Position numbers and translations under genes: made by a program
The notes under the pieces: model-generated
The model's input: the letters and a program-made list of their open reading frames with translations, nothing else
What the model was told of the DNA's origin: nothing
Databases searched by the model: none
In this document: positions 1 through 12,429 of the stretch, in pieces
Layout of the letters: each line of letters begins with the position of its first letter
Position numbering within the stretch: position 1 is the stretch's first letter
Origin: Octopus vulgaris
Taxonomy: Eukaryota
DNA length: 64,000 nucleotides
Assembly: GCA_951406725.2 (NCBI GenBank)
Contig: OX597838.1
Coordinates: 19,034,001 to 19,098,000 of the forward strand
Reading direction: 5' to 3'

Positions 1-100
1 TGGCACCTTTGGCAAGTGTCTTTTACTATAGCCTCGGGCTGACCAAAGCCTTGTAAGTGGATTTGGTAGACGGAAACTGTAAAGAAGCCCGTCGTATATA

Positions 101-138
<38 letters not shown>

Positions 139-622
139 TCCCCACAACATCGCTTGACAACTGTTCATTGCCCGGTTGTCAATGCAACATTCGGAACAAG
201 TCTCCAATCTGAGGATAACTTTCTCCCCGACCTGTCTCAAAGAACCAGTGAAAAGTTATAGACAGTGTTTTTGCTCTGAATAACCATTTAAAAGTAAAAT
301 ATTGCCGAAACACGATGGTGAGAAAACATTTTGAAAGAGAAGATATTATAAGCAAGGGAATTAATCAGTAAAATCTAAAAGGTATTGATTTGTTGCAGCG
401 TCCTTGTGAAATCTAATTAAACGAGCAAATTAGATCAGTAAATTATTACAAGGGCATAGTTTCGGTTGTAGTAGCACAGAATTACAAGCTTTAATATATT
501 TATTTACTTCTCCATATATAAATGTAAAAGTTTAAAATGTAAACAAAAAGTGAAGTTGAAAATATGATATAAATAATGCAAGCAACAATATATACTTTAA
601 ATTTGCCGAAGTCTAACGTCAA

Positions 623-695
623 GGTTCCATGGTGTAGTGGTTATCACATCTGCTTAACACGCAGAAGGTCGTGAGTTCGAAACTCGCTGGAACCT
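623..695 (+). tRNA. tRNA-Val, anticodon AAC
   Basis: Full cloverleaf: acceptor GGTTCCA/TGGAACC, A box TGGTGTAGTGG, anticodon arm TCTGC-TTAACAC-GCAGA, T arm GTGAG-TTCGAAA-CTCGC. A long T run (Pol III terminator) follows at about 707-725. Confidence 0.92.
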
Positions 696-706
696 ACGAG
701 TGACAA

Positions 707-725
707 TTTTTTTTTTTTTTTTTTT
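707..725 (+). terminator. Pol III oligo-T terminator of the tRNA-Val gene
   Basis: T run about 12 nt downstream of the tRNA 3' end. Confidence 0.75.
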
Positions 726-1146
726 ACTTTTATATCGTTAAAAATTTCAATATACGAGATTTCAACCCTCTCTGACGTTGCTTCCTCACAACATCCAGAG
801 AAATTTTCTTTTAATTGACATTTTCAGCAAATACGCTCCAAATGATGTATGTTAAGATTGTTTCAGGTTTTGTTGGGAAAGCTTTTTTTTAACGAGAGTG
901 GGGTAGGAAGTTTCTGAATGTTCACAAAAGTCGTCTTTGTTATCTCATAACTTTCAGAAAAATTTATGTTTCTTCATGAAATAAAGGAGTGGCTATGTGG
1001 CAAGTAGCTTGCTTACCAACCTCATGGTTCCGGGTTCAGTCCCACTGCATGGCACCTTGGGCAAGTGTTTTCCACTATAGCCTCGGGCAGACCAAAGCCT
1101 TGTGAGTGCATTTGGTAGAGGGAAACTGAAAGAAGCCCATCGAATA

Positions 1147-1187
<41 letters not shown>

Positions 1188-2193
1188 GTGTGTTTGTGTG
1201 TATGTATATATATATATATACTTAGCACTATTTCATTTGCCGTTATGTTCTGAGTTCAAATTCCGCCAAGGGGTCGATTAAATATCTACCAGTTACGCAC
1301 TGGGGTCGATGTAATTGACTTAATTCCTTTGTCTGTCCTTGTTTGTCCCCTCTATGTTTGGCCCCTTGTGGGCAATAAAGAAATAAGAAATAGGTGTCTC
1401 GATATTGAGGAGATACATGGTTACCCAGTCAGAGGGGAGAGAGAGAGAGTAATCAAGAATGAGAGAGAGAGAGAGAGAGAGCAAAGCCATTCAGAAAGTC
1501 CCACAGCCCACAGTTTGTCCATGACTGGGTAACAAACCACTATAGAATAGCTAAGCTAAGGTTTGAAACTGAATCCACATTGTCAAACAATTCCTCAGTC
1601 TATTGTTTTAGCCTTTTACACTCAGAGATCATCATCATCATCATCATCATCATCGTTTAACGTCCGTTCTCCATGCTAGCATGGGTTGGACGGTTCGACC
1701 GGGGATCTGGGAAGCCAGAAGGCTGCACCAGGCTCCGGTCTTATCTGGCAATGTTTCTACAGCTGGATGCCCTTCCTAACGCCAACCACTCCGTGAGTGT
1801 AGTGGGTGCTTTTTATGTGCCACCTGCACTGGTGCCAGGCGAGGCTGGCATCGGCCACGGTCGGATCGGTGCATTTTACGTGCCACCTGCACGGAAGCCA
1901 GTCGAGGCGGCACTGGCTTCGGCCACGATTCAGAATGTGCTTTTTACGTGCCACCGACACGGTGTAAAAGGTTAAAACAATAATGGGAATGTGTTGAGCT
2001 CTTGATCATTCTCAGGGTATTTTTTAATTGAGTCTGATCAAGAATGAAGAAACCTATTGTTCAAACTCAACCTACTTTAGTCAGCAAGTTACAAAAATAC
2101 AAGCAAGGAATTATCTTTCTCTTTTTGGTCAATCATCTCTGGACAGACAGCAACTCTGTCAGTATGCTGGTCAATGCATGTGAAGGTAGACCT

Positions 2194-2421
2194 CTTAACT
2201 CTTTAGCATTCAGATTATTCCATCAAACATAATGCTTATTGATTCCCATTGATTTGAATTAATCGTGCATTATCTCATATCTTCAAGATCTTGATCGTGT
2301 AATTACTTAATGTAGAATAACATTGTGGGGTAGGTGTGAGAGCCTGGATCTGGTCAGTTTGAACATAAAACAGATTAGCTATTTTGGCCAGATATGGCCA
2401 GTTTAAATACTAAAGGGTTAA
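2194..2421. mobile_element. piggyBac-type (TTAA) MITE family 1
   Basis: TTAA-c(c/t)ctttag...ctaaaggg-TTAA termini. Further copies at about 6423-6649, 6757-7410, 13177-13308, 17821-18437, 26514-26741, 40040-40235, 46974-47208, 55828-56053. Confidence 0.8.
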
Positions 2422-2904
2422 TGTATCATTCTGCCTTGATTGTTTTACTCTGTCTTTCTCTTCAGCAGCACGGTGGTGATGCTAGCTCCCACACACGATG
2501 ACAATGGAACCAGAGACAAATATTCTACTGCAACTACAAACAATGCGTGTACACATAAACAACTCAACACAGCTGTATATTCTTTATGTATTGTAAAGAC
2601 TAATACTAATTTCAAATTTTGACACAAGGCCAGCAATTTCAGGTTAGGAGGGTAAGTCGATTACATTGACCCCACCACCACCAGTTTTCAACTGGTAATT
2701 ATTTTATCGACTCTGAAAAGGATGAAAGGCAAAGTCGACTCCTGCGGGATTTGAACTCAGAACGTAAAGAGGGTCGAAATGCTGTTAAGGATTTGCCCAC
2801 TGCAATAACAATTCCCTACGTCCCCTTCAGGCTCTTCTTATATTGGTTTCACATTTTGGCACAAGGCCAGCAATTTTGAGGGGAAGAGGAGGAAGTCAAT
2901 GACA

Positions 2905-3960
2905 TCTTAGGTCCATTGGTGCCTTTGAGCAACAGTGATCGCCAACTATCTCCATCTCTGGCTAACCAGTATGCTTCTTCCCAGGTGATGTTCAGTCTGT
3001 ACAGGTCTTCTTTGAAGGTACTACACCATGTCTTCCTTGGCCAGCCTCTTTTTCTCTTACCTTCCAGCCGCCTCCAGCCCATGGTTGTTTTGGCAAGCTT
3101 CTGGCAGCCTTAGTATGTGTCCAGCCATTCTCATTCATCATTTGGTTACAATTGCATTCAGGGGCATGCAATTCTTGCTGCTTGGAGAATGTCTTCATTT
3201 GTCACTCTGTCTTGATCAGTGATTCTTAGGATCTTTCTGAGGTACCACTGATGAAATATGTCGAGTTAGCAGGTGATTTTTGCCATCATCTTCCAGGTCT
3301 CAGCTGCATAGATCACTATTGGCAGTATTCCTGTTTTGTACTGACAAATCTTCAGCTCTATACTTATGTTATTGCTACACCAAAGTGTTGTCAGTCTTCT
3401 AAATACTGCCACTGCCTTGCCAATTCTGCAGCTTACATCTGCTTAGCAGTTTCTACAACTCAAGCTGCTGCATTAGAATAGAGTATGGATACAGTGTGGA
3501 GGCGTGTGGCTTAGTGGTTAGGGTGTCAGCATCGTGATCGTAAGATTGTGGTTTCGATTCCTGGACTGGGTGACATGTTGTGTTCTTGAGCAAAACACTT
3601 CATTTCACGTTGCTCCAGTCCACTCAGCTGGCAAAAATGAGTAACGCTGCGATGGACTGGTGTCCCATCCAGCTGGGGAACACGTACGCCATTGAAACCG
3701 GGAAACTGGGCCCATGAGCTTGGCTAAGCTTTAAAAGGGCGCATTTATTTATTTTATTTTATGGATACAGTGGTTTTCTTAAGATTGTCACTGGAGTAAG
3801 ACAAGGCTGTCTCCTGTCACCAATGTTATTTCTGATGGTCATCAATTTTGTTATGCTAAGATCAATGGTGGAACTAGCTGTAGGCATACCAAGGATGGTG
3901 AGGGACCAGCGGACTGACTTGGATTTTGCTGATGACATCGCTCTGCTCGCTGAGAATCGA
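2905..3960. mobile_element. degraded RTE-type LINE fragments (both strands)
   Basis: Minus: W..EGKRKRGWPRKTW...DL..LNITWEEA..LARD...WRSL. Plus: TGVRQGCLLSPMLF...DLDFADDIALLA. Confidence 0.78.
3498..3745 (+). mobile_element. SINE family E (tRNA-derived head)
   Basis: ggaggcgtgtggcttagtggttagg...ggtttcgattcc, core gcgatggactggtgtcccatccag; a dimer on the minus strand at about 45275-45763. Confidence 0.82.
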
Positions 3961-5179
3961 GAGAGAGAGAGTGTGCATGTCAATGTGCACGCAGTACAAA
4001 TGTGTGTGTGTGTGTGTGTGTGTGTTTCACTTTGGCTTAACATTGTGGGATGACTGTAAATGACACGGTCACAAACGGTGCTCTTCATTTCCGATATTCT
4101 GTGCAAACACATCTGGTTTTTGGGGAAATATTATTACCTTGCTTGGAAACAGGTGAGGGTTGGTGATAGGGAGGGCATCCAGCCACTGACAATCCTTTGC
4201 AATAATCTCTGTCCGATGTATGCAAGCATGGAAAAGTAAATGTGATGACGATGATGATGATGGTGGTGGTGATATGTATGAATATGCAAACACCTTATAA
4301 TCTTTTGAAATAATCTTTTTTAATATACAGCAGACATTTTTATTGACCAACAACAAGAGTAATAAAACTTTGTTCAAAGAAATAAATTTTATTTTCATAT
4401 TTTATGTGTATGTGTGTGTGCACATATACATGTATCTGCATGAATATTCTTTTTCTTTTTTTATGCGCCCTTTTCAAGCCTAGCCAGGCTCATGGGCCAG
4501 GTTTCCCGGTTTCTGTGGTGCATGTGTTGCCCCCAACTGGACGGGACGCCAGTCCATCGCAGCGTTACCCAAGAAACAGGAAGAGAGAGTGAGAGAAAGT
4601 TGGGGTGAAAGAGTACAACAGGGGTCAACACCCCACCCACCCCCTGCCGGAGCCTCATGGAGCTTTCACTCAATAAACACACACAACGCCCGGTCTGAGA
4701 ATCGAAACTGCGATCCTCCGACCGCGAGTCCACTGCCCTAACCATTGGGCCATTGCGCCTCCATGTGCATGAATATACAAACACTTATTTTTAAAAACAT
4801 TATGGATGAGGACAGCTGCATCAAGATGTGCCGATATCTAATTGCAGGAGGATCCTGTGGAAGAGGTAGATCCAGGAAGACATGGAACAAGGTGTTGAAA
4901 TGTGATCTTTGGATGTCGACTCTCATGATGGCGATGTCAAGTGACCAAGACTTCTGGTGAATTGCTGTGCTTGAGAAGACAAGCTAAGTGGAATCATAGT
5001 CATGGCCTAGTGCTGGTAACATGTGAATGGTACCCATGCCGGTGATATATAAAAGGCACCCAGTGCAGTCTGTGGAGTGGTTGGTGTTAGGAAGGGCATC
5101 CAGCTATAGAAACCAGGCCAAAACAGACTGGAAACAGTACAGCCCTCTAGACTAACATCTCTGCTCAAACCGTCTAACC

Positions 5180-5382
5180 CAGGGGTGGGCGAACTTTTTT
5201 GATCGCGGGCCGCACAGTGCGTCTTTGGAACCTTGGCGGGCCTCATTTATAAAAATCAAGTGAAAATATTTTTGAAGGCGGTTATAGACCTATAAACACA
5301 CGATTGAAATGAAATTTTGTGAAATATTCCTCTCGGCGGGCCGCATGAAAACCTATGGCGGGCCGTAGTTTGCCCACCCCTG
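5180..5382. mobile_element. hAT (Charlie-type) MITE
   Basis: TIRs caggggtgggcgaact / agtttgcccacccctg, perfect 8-bp TSD gtctaacc, subterminal gcgggccgca motifs; inserted into a family C repeat. Confidence 0.92.
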
Positions 5383-5624
5383 GTCTAACCTATTCCATCA
5401 TGGAAAACGGATGTTATATGATGATGATTAGACATTTTTACAGAACAACCATAACAAAATTTTGATCGCAGAAATAAGTTTTATTTGCATATGCAAAAAA
5501 TATAAACAAACATTTCAAACTAATATAGCAAAACAAGTCAAAAGAAACGTCTTAAATTTTCAAAATGTAACCACTTTATACATACACATATATATATACA
5601 TATATACACACATAAACATCTATA

Positions 5625-5950
5625 TATATATATATGTATACACACATATACATCTATATATATATATACACACATACAAACATCTATATATATTTATATA
5701 CACACATACACACAAACATCTATATATATTTATATACACACATACACACAAACATCTATATATATTTATAGACACACATACACACAAACATCTATATATA
5801 TTTATATACACACACACATACAAACATCTATATATATTTATAGACACACATACACACAAACATCTATATATATTTATAGACACACACACACACAAACATC
5901 TATATATATATATATATATACACCACACACACACAAACATCTATATATAC
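5625..5950. repeat. ~36-bp minisatellite derived from CA/TA microsatellite
   Basis: Unit cacacatacacacaaacatctatatatatttatata, about 8 copies. Confidence 0.9.
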
Positions 5951-6293
5951 ACGCATAAATGTATATATATATATATATATATGTGTATATATACACACAC
6001 ATACATATATGTATATATTTATGCGTGTTTGTTTTTTTTTTTTTAGCCCTGATGCAAATGCATTCCAACCTTGACCACCACATCCTTTCCTCAGGCATTG
6101 CAATATCTAGGACCGCATCCTTCACTTTGTATTCTCATTCTCAAGATTGTATAGTGTGAACGCAAGAGAGTTTTGGCTGCTATTTTCAGCTTGATGAACA
6201 CTACAGCAACCCTAGTGTCGGGGTGTACACGTGAATGTCTTATATTACATAAATGCGCGTATGCGTGTGTGTGTGAGAGAGAGAGAGAGTGAG

Positions 6294-6334
<41 letters not shown>

Positions 6335-6845
6335 ACAGGAGTGGCTGTGTGGTAAGCAGCTTGCTAACCAACCACATGGTTGCGTTTTGTTTTTTGTTTT
6401 CTTATCTGAGAAAAATCTGGCTTTAACCCTTTAGTATTTAAACCGGCCATACCCGGCCAAAATATTTAATCTGTTTTATGTTCAAACTGACCAGATCCAG
6501 GCTCTCACACCTACCCTACAATGTTATTCTACATTAAGTAATTACACCATCAAGATCTTGAAGATATGAGATAATGCTTGATTAATTCAAATCAATGGGA
6601 ATCAATTAGCAATATGTATGATAGACTAATCAGAACACTAAAGGGTTAAAGCTATACAGTGTTAAAAAAAAAAAAAAACAGCACAGCAATATTCAGAGCA
6701 GGACAATTTCCTTTTTGCCTTCTTCTGAATATTGTGAATTTTAACACTATATGTCTTTGACCCTTCAGCATTTAAGCCAGCCATATCAGGCTGAAATATT
6801 CTACATGTTTTATGTTCAAACTGACCAGATCTGGTCACTCATACC

Positions 6846-7254
6846 TATTTCTTTACTACCCACAAGGGGCTACACACAGAGGGGGACAAAACAAGGACAG
6901 ACAAATGGATTAAATCGATTATATCGACCCCAGTGCGTAACTGGTACTTATTTAATCGACTCCGAAAGGACGAAGGGCAAAGTCGACCTCGGTGGAATTT
7001 GAACTCAGAACGTAGCGGCAGACGAAATACCTATTTCTTTACTACCCACAAGGGGCTAAACACAGAGGGGACAAACAAATGGATTAAATCGATTATATTG
7101 ACCCCAGTGCGTAACTAGTACTTATTTAATCGACTCCGAAAGGATGAAAGACAAAGTCGACCTTGGCGGAATTTGAACTCAGAACGTAGCGGCTGACGAA
7201 ATACCGCTAAGCATTTCACCCGGCGTACTAACGATTCTGCCAGCTCGCCACCTT
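6846..7254 (-). mobile_element. SINE family A, tandem multimer
   Basis: Head ggcgagctggcagaatcgttag...gagttcaaattcc, core gtcgactttgcctttcatcctttcggggtcgat. Other copies at about 1230-1385, 8547-9121, 37880-38780, 47505-47735, 50590-50825, 51810-52030, 54905-55140, 56815-56980, 62433-62848. Confidence 0.85.
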
Positions 7255-7789
7255 CTGGCCACTCATACCTACCCTACACAATGTCATTCTAATAATATAC
7301 TGTCACATCATTGAAATCTAGAAGCAGCGAGATAATGCATAATTAATTCTAACTAATTTGAATAAATAAGCATTAAGTTTGATAGAATTATCTGAATGCG
7401 AAAGGGTTAAGGAGATTTCATTTTTTTTTTCCTCAGATGAAAAACCACAACATTTGTAGTGTGTGTGTGTGTGTGTGTACACGTGTATAAGGAAAAGGAT
7501 TAGAAACAATCCAAAACTGACATTGTAGGGCACCAAAATGTGGGATCTTCCTTGCAAGTCAATGTAACAGCCAAACCTCTCTCTCTCTACCGATATGAAG
7601 ATGAAGAAAGCCAAATGCCATGTGAGAAGTTTCCAAAAGCGAAGCTATACTACGAAGACAGATTGTCCTCAGTGAGGAGATATGGTGGTCAAGGGCTGAC
7701 CTTTGACAAAAACCTATGCAAGGCAGGGCATCTTAGTCGTATAGGTACAATGAACAAGAACCTGAGAGAAGGATGACAGTAGCTGAGGA

Positions 7790-8318
7790 ACTGTGATGGT
7801 GGGAAGATAGTGGTGTTATGATTATTGGTGGTGGTGGTCGTGGTGGGAAAATGGTGTTATGATTACTGGTGGTAGTGATGGTGGTGGTGGGAAAATAGTG
7901 TTATGATTATTGGTGGTGGTGGTGGTGGTAGTGGAGGGAAAATGGTGTTATGATTACTGGTGGTGGTGGGAGGATAATGGTGTTATGATTATTGGAGGTA
8001 GTGATGGTGGTGGTGGTGGGAAAATAGTAGTGTTATGATTATTGGTGGTGGTGGTAGTGGTGGGAAAATGGTGTTATGATTACTGGTGGTGGTGGGAGGA
8101 TAATGGTGTTATGATTATTGGTGGTGGTAGTGGTAGGAAAATGGTGTTATGATTATTGGTGGTGGTGGTCGTGGTGGGAAAATGGTGTTATGATTATTGG
8201 CGGTGGTGGGAAAATAGTAGTGTTATGATTATTGGTGGTGGTGGTCGTGGTGGGAAAATAGTAGTGTTATGATTAGTGGTGGTGGTGGTGGTCGTGGTGG
8301 TGCCAGTGATGGTGGTAG
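7790..8318. repeat. G-rich minisatellite with variable (GGT)n
   Basis: Unit (ggt)n-gggaaaatggtgttatgattatt, about 13 copies. Confidence 0.9.
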
Positions 8319-8471
8319 AATTATGTATGCTGCAATTCTTTCATGCCATTTATGGTAAATGCTTCTTCACACATCATTGTTAGTAGAAAGAATAACAAGA
8401 ACACAAAGATTACGTGTGACAGAGAGAGAGATGATGTGCATGCAAAACAAGTACAGTGTGCATCAGAGGTA

Positions 8472-8511
<40 letters not shown>

Positions 8512-8546
8512 TGTATGGAAGCACTTTGCCATTTTGTTACCATATT

Positions 8547-9121
8547 TCTTATTTCTTTACTGCCCACAAGGGGCTACACACAGAGGGGACAAACAAGGAC
8601 AGACATAAGGTATTAAGTTGATTATATCGACCCCAGTGTGTAACTGGTATTTATTTAATCGACCCCGAAAGGATGAAAAGCAAAGTCGACCTTGGAGGAA
8701 GCAGCAGACGAAATACCTATTTCTTTACTGCCCACAAGGGGCTACAAACAAGGTCAGACAAAGGTATTAAGTTGATTATATCGACCCCAGTGTGTAACTG
8801 ATACTTATTTAATCAACCCCGAAAGGATGAAAAGCAATGTCAACCTCAGCGGAATTTGAACTCAGAACATAGTGGCAGACGAAATACCTATTTCTTTACT
8901 ACCCACAAGGGGCTAAACACAGAGGAGACAAACAAGGACAGACAAAGGTATTAAGTTGATTATATCGACCCCAGTGCGTAACTGGTACTTATTTAATCGA
9001 CCCCGAAAGGATGAAAAGCAAAGTCGACCTTGGCGGAATTTGAACTCAGAACGTAACGGCAGACAAGATACGGCTACACATTTCGCTCAGCGTGCTAACG
9101 TTTTTGCCAGCTCGCCGCCTT
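8547..9121 (-). mobile_element. SINE family A, trimer
   Basis: Three head-to-tail units joined at gacgaaatac|ctatttctttact. Confidence 0.85.
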
Positions 9122-9832
9122 TAACCATATTTCTGTTGAAATACAACCTAATTATTGCAATTAATTTTGAAAATTCACTAGAATTTACTAAAATATCTTT
9201 GTCATTATGAAACTGGTAATTGGAACATAAATGAACATGGAAGCTTAGAGAGAGAGAGAGAAAGAGAGAGAGAACGTTTTTAGGGAAATCTCATAATACC
9301 ATGGTTCTAACAGGAATATGACAATCATAAAATTGATTTTGTTGTTTAGCCCAAGGTCAGCTCTGTTCCTGTAGACCTGTGAAGAAAGGCATTCCAGCAA
9401 TCTTCTTATTATCCTCTTTGAGGTCTGAGGGAGATTTAGCCACTATTTCTGGCAGGTTGTACAAGTGAGCACAAAGATGTTTCCTCATTTATTGTTTGTT
9501 TTTTTAAAAAAAAAAAAGGTTAAAGAAAGGATACTGCAGTCCACTGCTGGACATAGCCCTCTTCACATCTGAAGATTTCTGGCTGTATCAGTAACTTGAT
9601 GCTAACTGCACAAGTAATTCTTACCAGTTGAATGGACTGGAGTAACAAAGTAAAGTACCTTTTTTTCAAAGACACAATGCACCTACTAGACCAGGAATCA
9701 GTCCTAAAAACCTTATGGCTAGCTGGTCACCTAAACCTTAGGTCACATGCGTACTTGTGATGCTTTAAACTAAAGTACCATGCTCAAGAAGAAACAGAGG
9801 ATATGCAGAGACAGATCAAACTGTAATGACAG

Positions 9833-10064
9833 TTTGCGACGCTTTCATCTCAATCGAAGGAGAGGGGCTTTCTCTGTCCGGGTTGCGGATCCGTGGAATA
9901 AGCTGCCGGACGAGATAGTGAAGATGCCGACGACCGCTCGGTTCAAAGTCTCTCTTGACCAGAAATGGCCTGAACTCTTTGCATGAACACCCTCCCTGTA
10001 CATAACTCCATGTCCCCCTACATGGCCTTGCTTTTTGCTTTTTGAGCCAAAAAATTAACTTAAC
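9833..10064 (+). mobile_element. CR1-type LINE 3' fragment (same family)
   Basis: [24 protein letters not shown]... with the same 3' UTR and ttaacttaac tail. Confidence 0.88.
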
Positions 10065-11510
10065 TGTCTGTCCTACTTCAGACATCCTCTTCAATGGCAG
10101 AAACACACTAAAATACACATACAGCCTATGCTGAATAGCAATTGGTAATGAGAAGGGCATCCAGCCCCAACTTTAATTCCAAGTCAGCCTTAATCAGCAG
10201 ACCTATGATCATAGGCATTCCAACTGTGACCCTCTTGTGCAGGGAAGTGAAGTGAAGACCACACTATCCAATGTGTCCGTTTCTAGGATAATAGTGTGTG
10301 ATTTAAGGGAGATTTGGTTACTATTTCCAGCATTGATCGACCGCATAAAGGTTCCCATTGCGAGTTAGACAACGTACAGAAGAATGGATGATGACAAATT
10401 TCACAGCAAATATTTGGTTTATTTTTCTCGAACCCACCAAGTGAGTACTAAGAAGGACATGAGAAGTTGTGGTATTCAAGCATTTCCTCTCCTATAAAAG
10501 ACTTAGCAACACAAGCATAAAGAAACGGTTAACTAAAACCAACAAGAGGCCCTGTAGGTGGCTACTCCATCTGCTAGAAATAACAGCCAAATCACTCCTA
10601 CTATCTTGAAAAAGAGCACAACTTAAATAATATCACTTTAGACATAGAACTGGACTGTCTTTTATCAAAGGACTGCTCAAACGAGTTTGACCTAGGGTTA
10701 AACAATTCGACTGAATACTAATATACAATTTTTATAATCAATATTGGATTCCTTTTATACTGGAAGGCCACAAACCACATCTTCCACCTATTGCCTCAAT
10801 AGTACAACTTATGATTGTGATGATAATGATAGTGATGATGCTGTTGAAGGGGGGGGGCGAAAAATCGAATTTATTAACCAGAAAAATTAAGAAAAAGTTA
10901 TCAAAAGTAACAAAGGTAAAAAAAAAAAAAAAAAATTATTGATAATAGCATCATGAAGAGGATGATGATGATGATGATGATAATGATGATTATGTTTTCC
11001 ATTTACACACTCGCTAACAAACCATTGTATTTCACTAAGCAATGTGTGTGAGTGTGTGTGTGTATGTGTTTATGTGTGTTCGTTTTTCGATACTAGAAAG
11101 CAAAACAATGAAAAAAAAAACAAAAAAAAACAGCAACTAAATTCCATCCAACTCCAGTTCCATCATGAAACACCAGTGTACATGTATACACACACATATA
11201 CATACATGCACAGATGCATGCACATACACACACAAACATGTGTGAATGTATATATATCTTAAAATGCTTTCTACTCTCTTACATGCAATCTTGGAATATT
11301 TAGAAAGGGATATTGCAGTCCACTGCGGGGACGTGGCCCTCTTCACATCTGAAGAATCTGGGGGCAGTATCAGTAACTCAATGCTAACCGCATAAGTAAT
11401 CCTTGCCAGCTGAATGTACAGGAGCAACATGAAGTAAAATGCCTTGAGGGACATAAAAAGTTTTTATCTTGTATGTGTGTGTGCAAATATATATTTATAT
11501 ATATATATAT

Positions 11511-11731
11511 ATATTAATTATAATAAAGGGTTAATTGCAACAAGTTGCTCAAAACCACATACCGAAAATATTAGAAATAGCAGCCAAATTGATCGCTATT
11601 TCTCCTACTAATAAAAAAAAAAAATTAAAAAAAGTAGGAGAAATAGTGATCAATTTGGCTGCTATTTCTATTATTTTCGGTATGTGGTCTTGAGCAACTT
11701 GTTGCAATTAACCCTTTATTATAATTAATAT
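11511..11731. repeat. inverted repeat, ~99-bp arms, ~23-nt A-rich spacer
   Basis: 11511-11609 is the reverse complement of 11633-11731 with 3 mismatches. Confidence 0.95.
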
Positions 11732-11986
11732 AATTCTTACCAAATATGGTCTTTTCCATACTGATAAATCTACTAGGTGAAATTTATTAATTTTTTTTAA
11801 TTAATTATATTTCACCCTTTTTTGTATGTATATATATATATGCATACATACATACATGTTTGTATATACATTTATTTATAAGTATATATACATATTTATA
11901 CAGGCACACTTACACACACACACACACACATACACACACACACACACATGTAAGGGACACAATTGCTGGTCCCTTCATTCTCTCAG

Positions 11987-12429
11987 CTACTCAATTAATT
12001 CAAACAGGAGAAATAAACGTTTAAGATGTGTTGGGAATTTCGGTAACATCTCCTTCAGTTTTAGCTCTATCTTGTAGATGTTGTAGACAGTGGTGATGTC
12101 TTTGATGAAGACGTCCAAGTAGGCGTCCGACACGCACTGCGTCTGCTGGCATTCTCCTGTCGACCCGTCAGCGTCAACGGCCGAATGTGAACAGTCGTTT
12201 CGGTGACATTTACATGGGTCGGTTGACGCCTCGCTGTCACACAGCGACAGCGACATTGACGGTTCGTGACGGCTTTGCTTGGCCTTCGCCCTCCAGGTGA
12301 TGTATGGCAGCTGGGCAGTATTGAGGTAACAACGGATGAGATGGAATACAAAACAGGAATACTTCTCGATCTGGGAGTACGTGAGCTTTGCAACAGTCTC
12401 TGAATTATTTGGGCATGGAGGTTTCACAT
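11987..12429 (-). CDS. SLF1: SLF1 terminal coding exon
   Basis: ctttctttcag|AT GTG AAA ... open to TAG at 11987; coincides with the 161-aa ORF in the track and has coding-like GC content. Confidence 0.85.
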
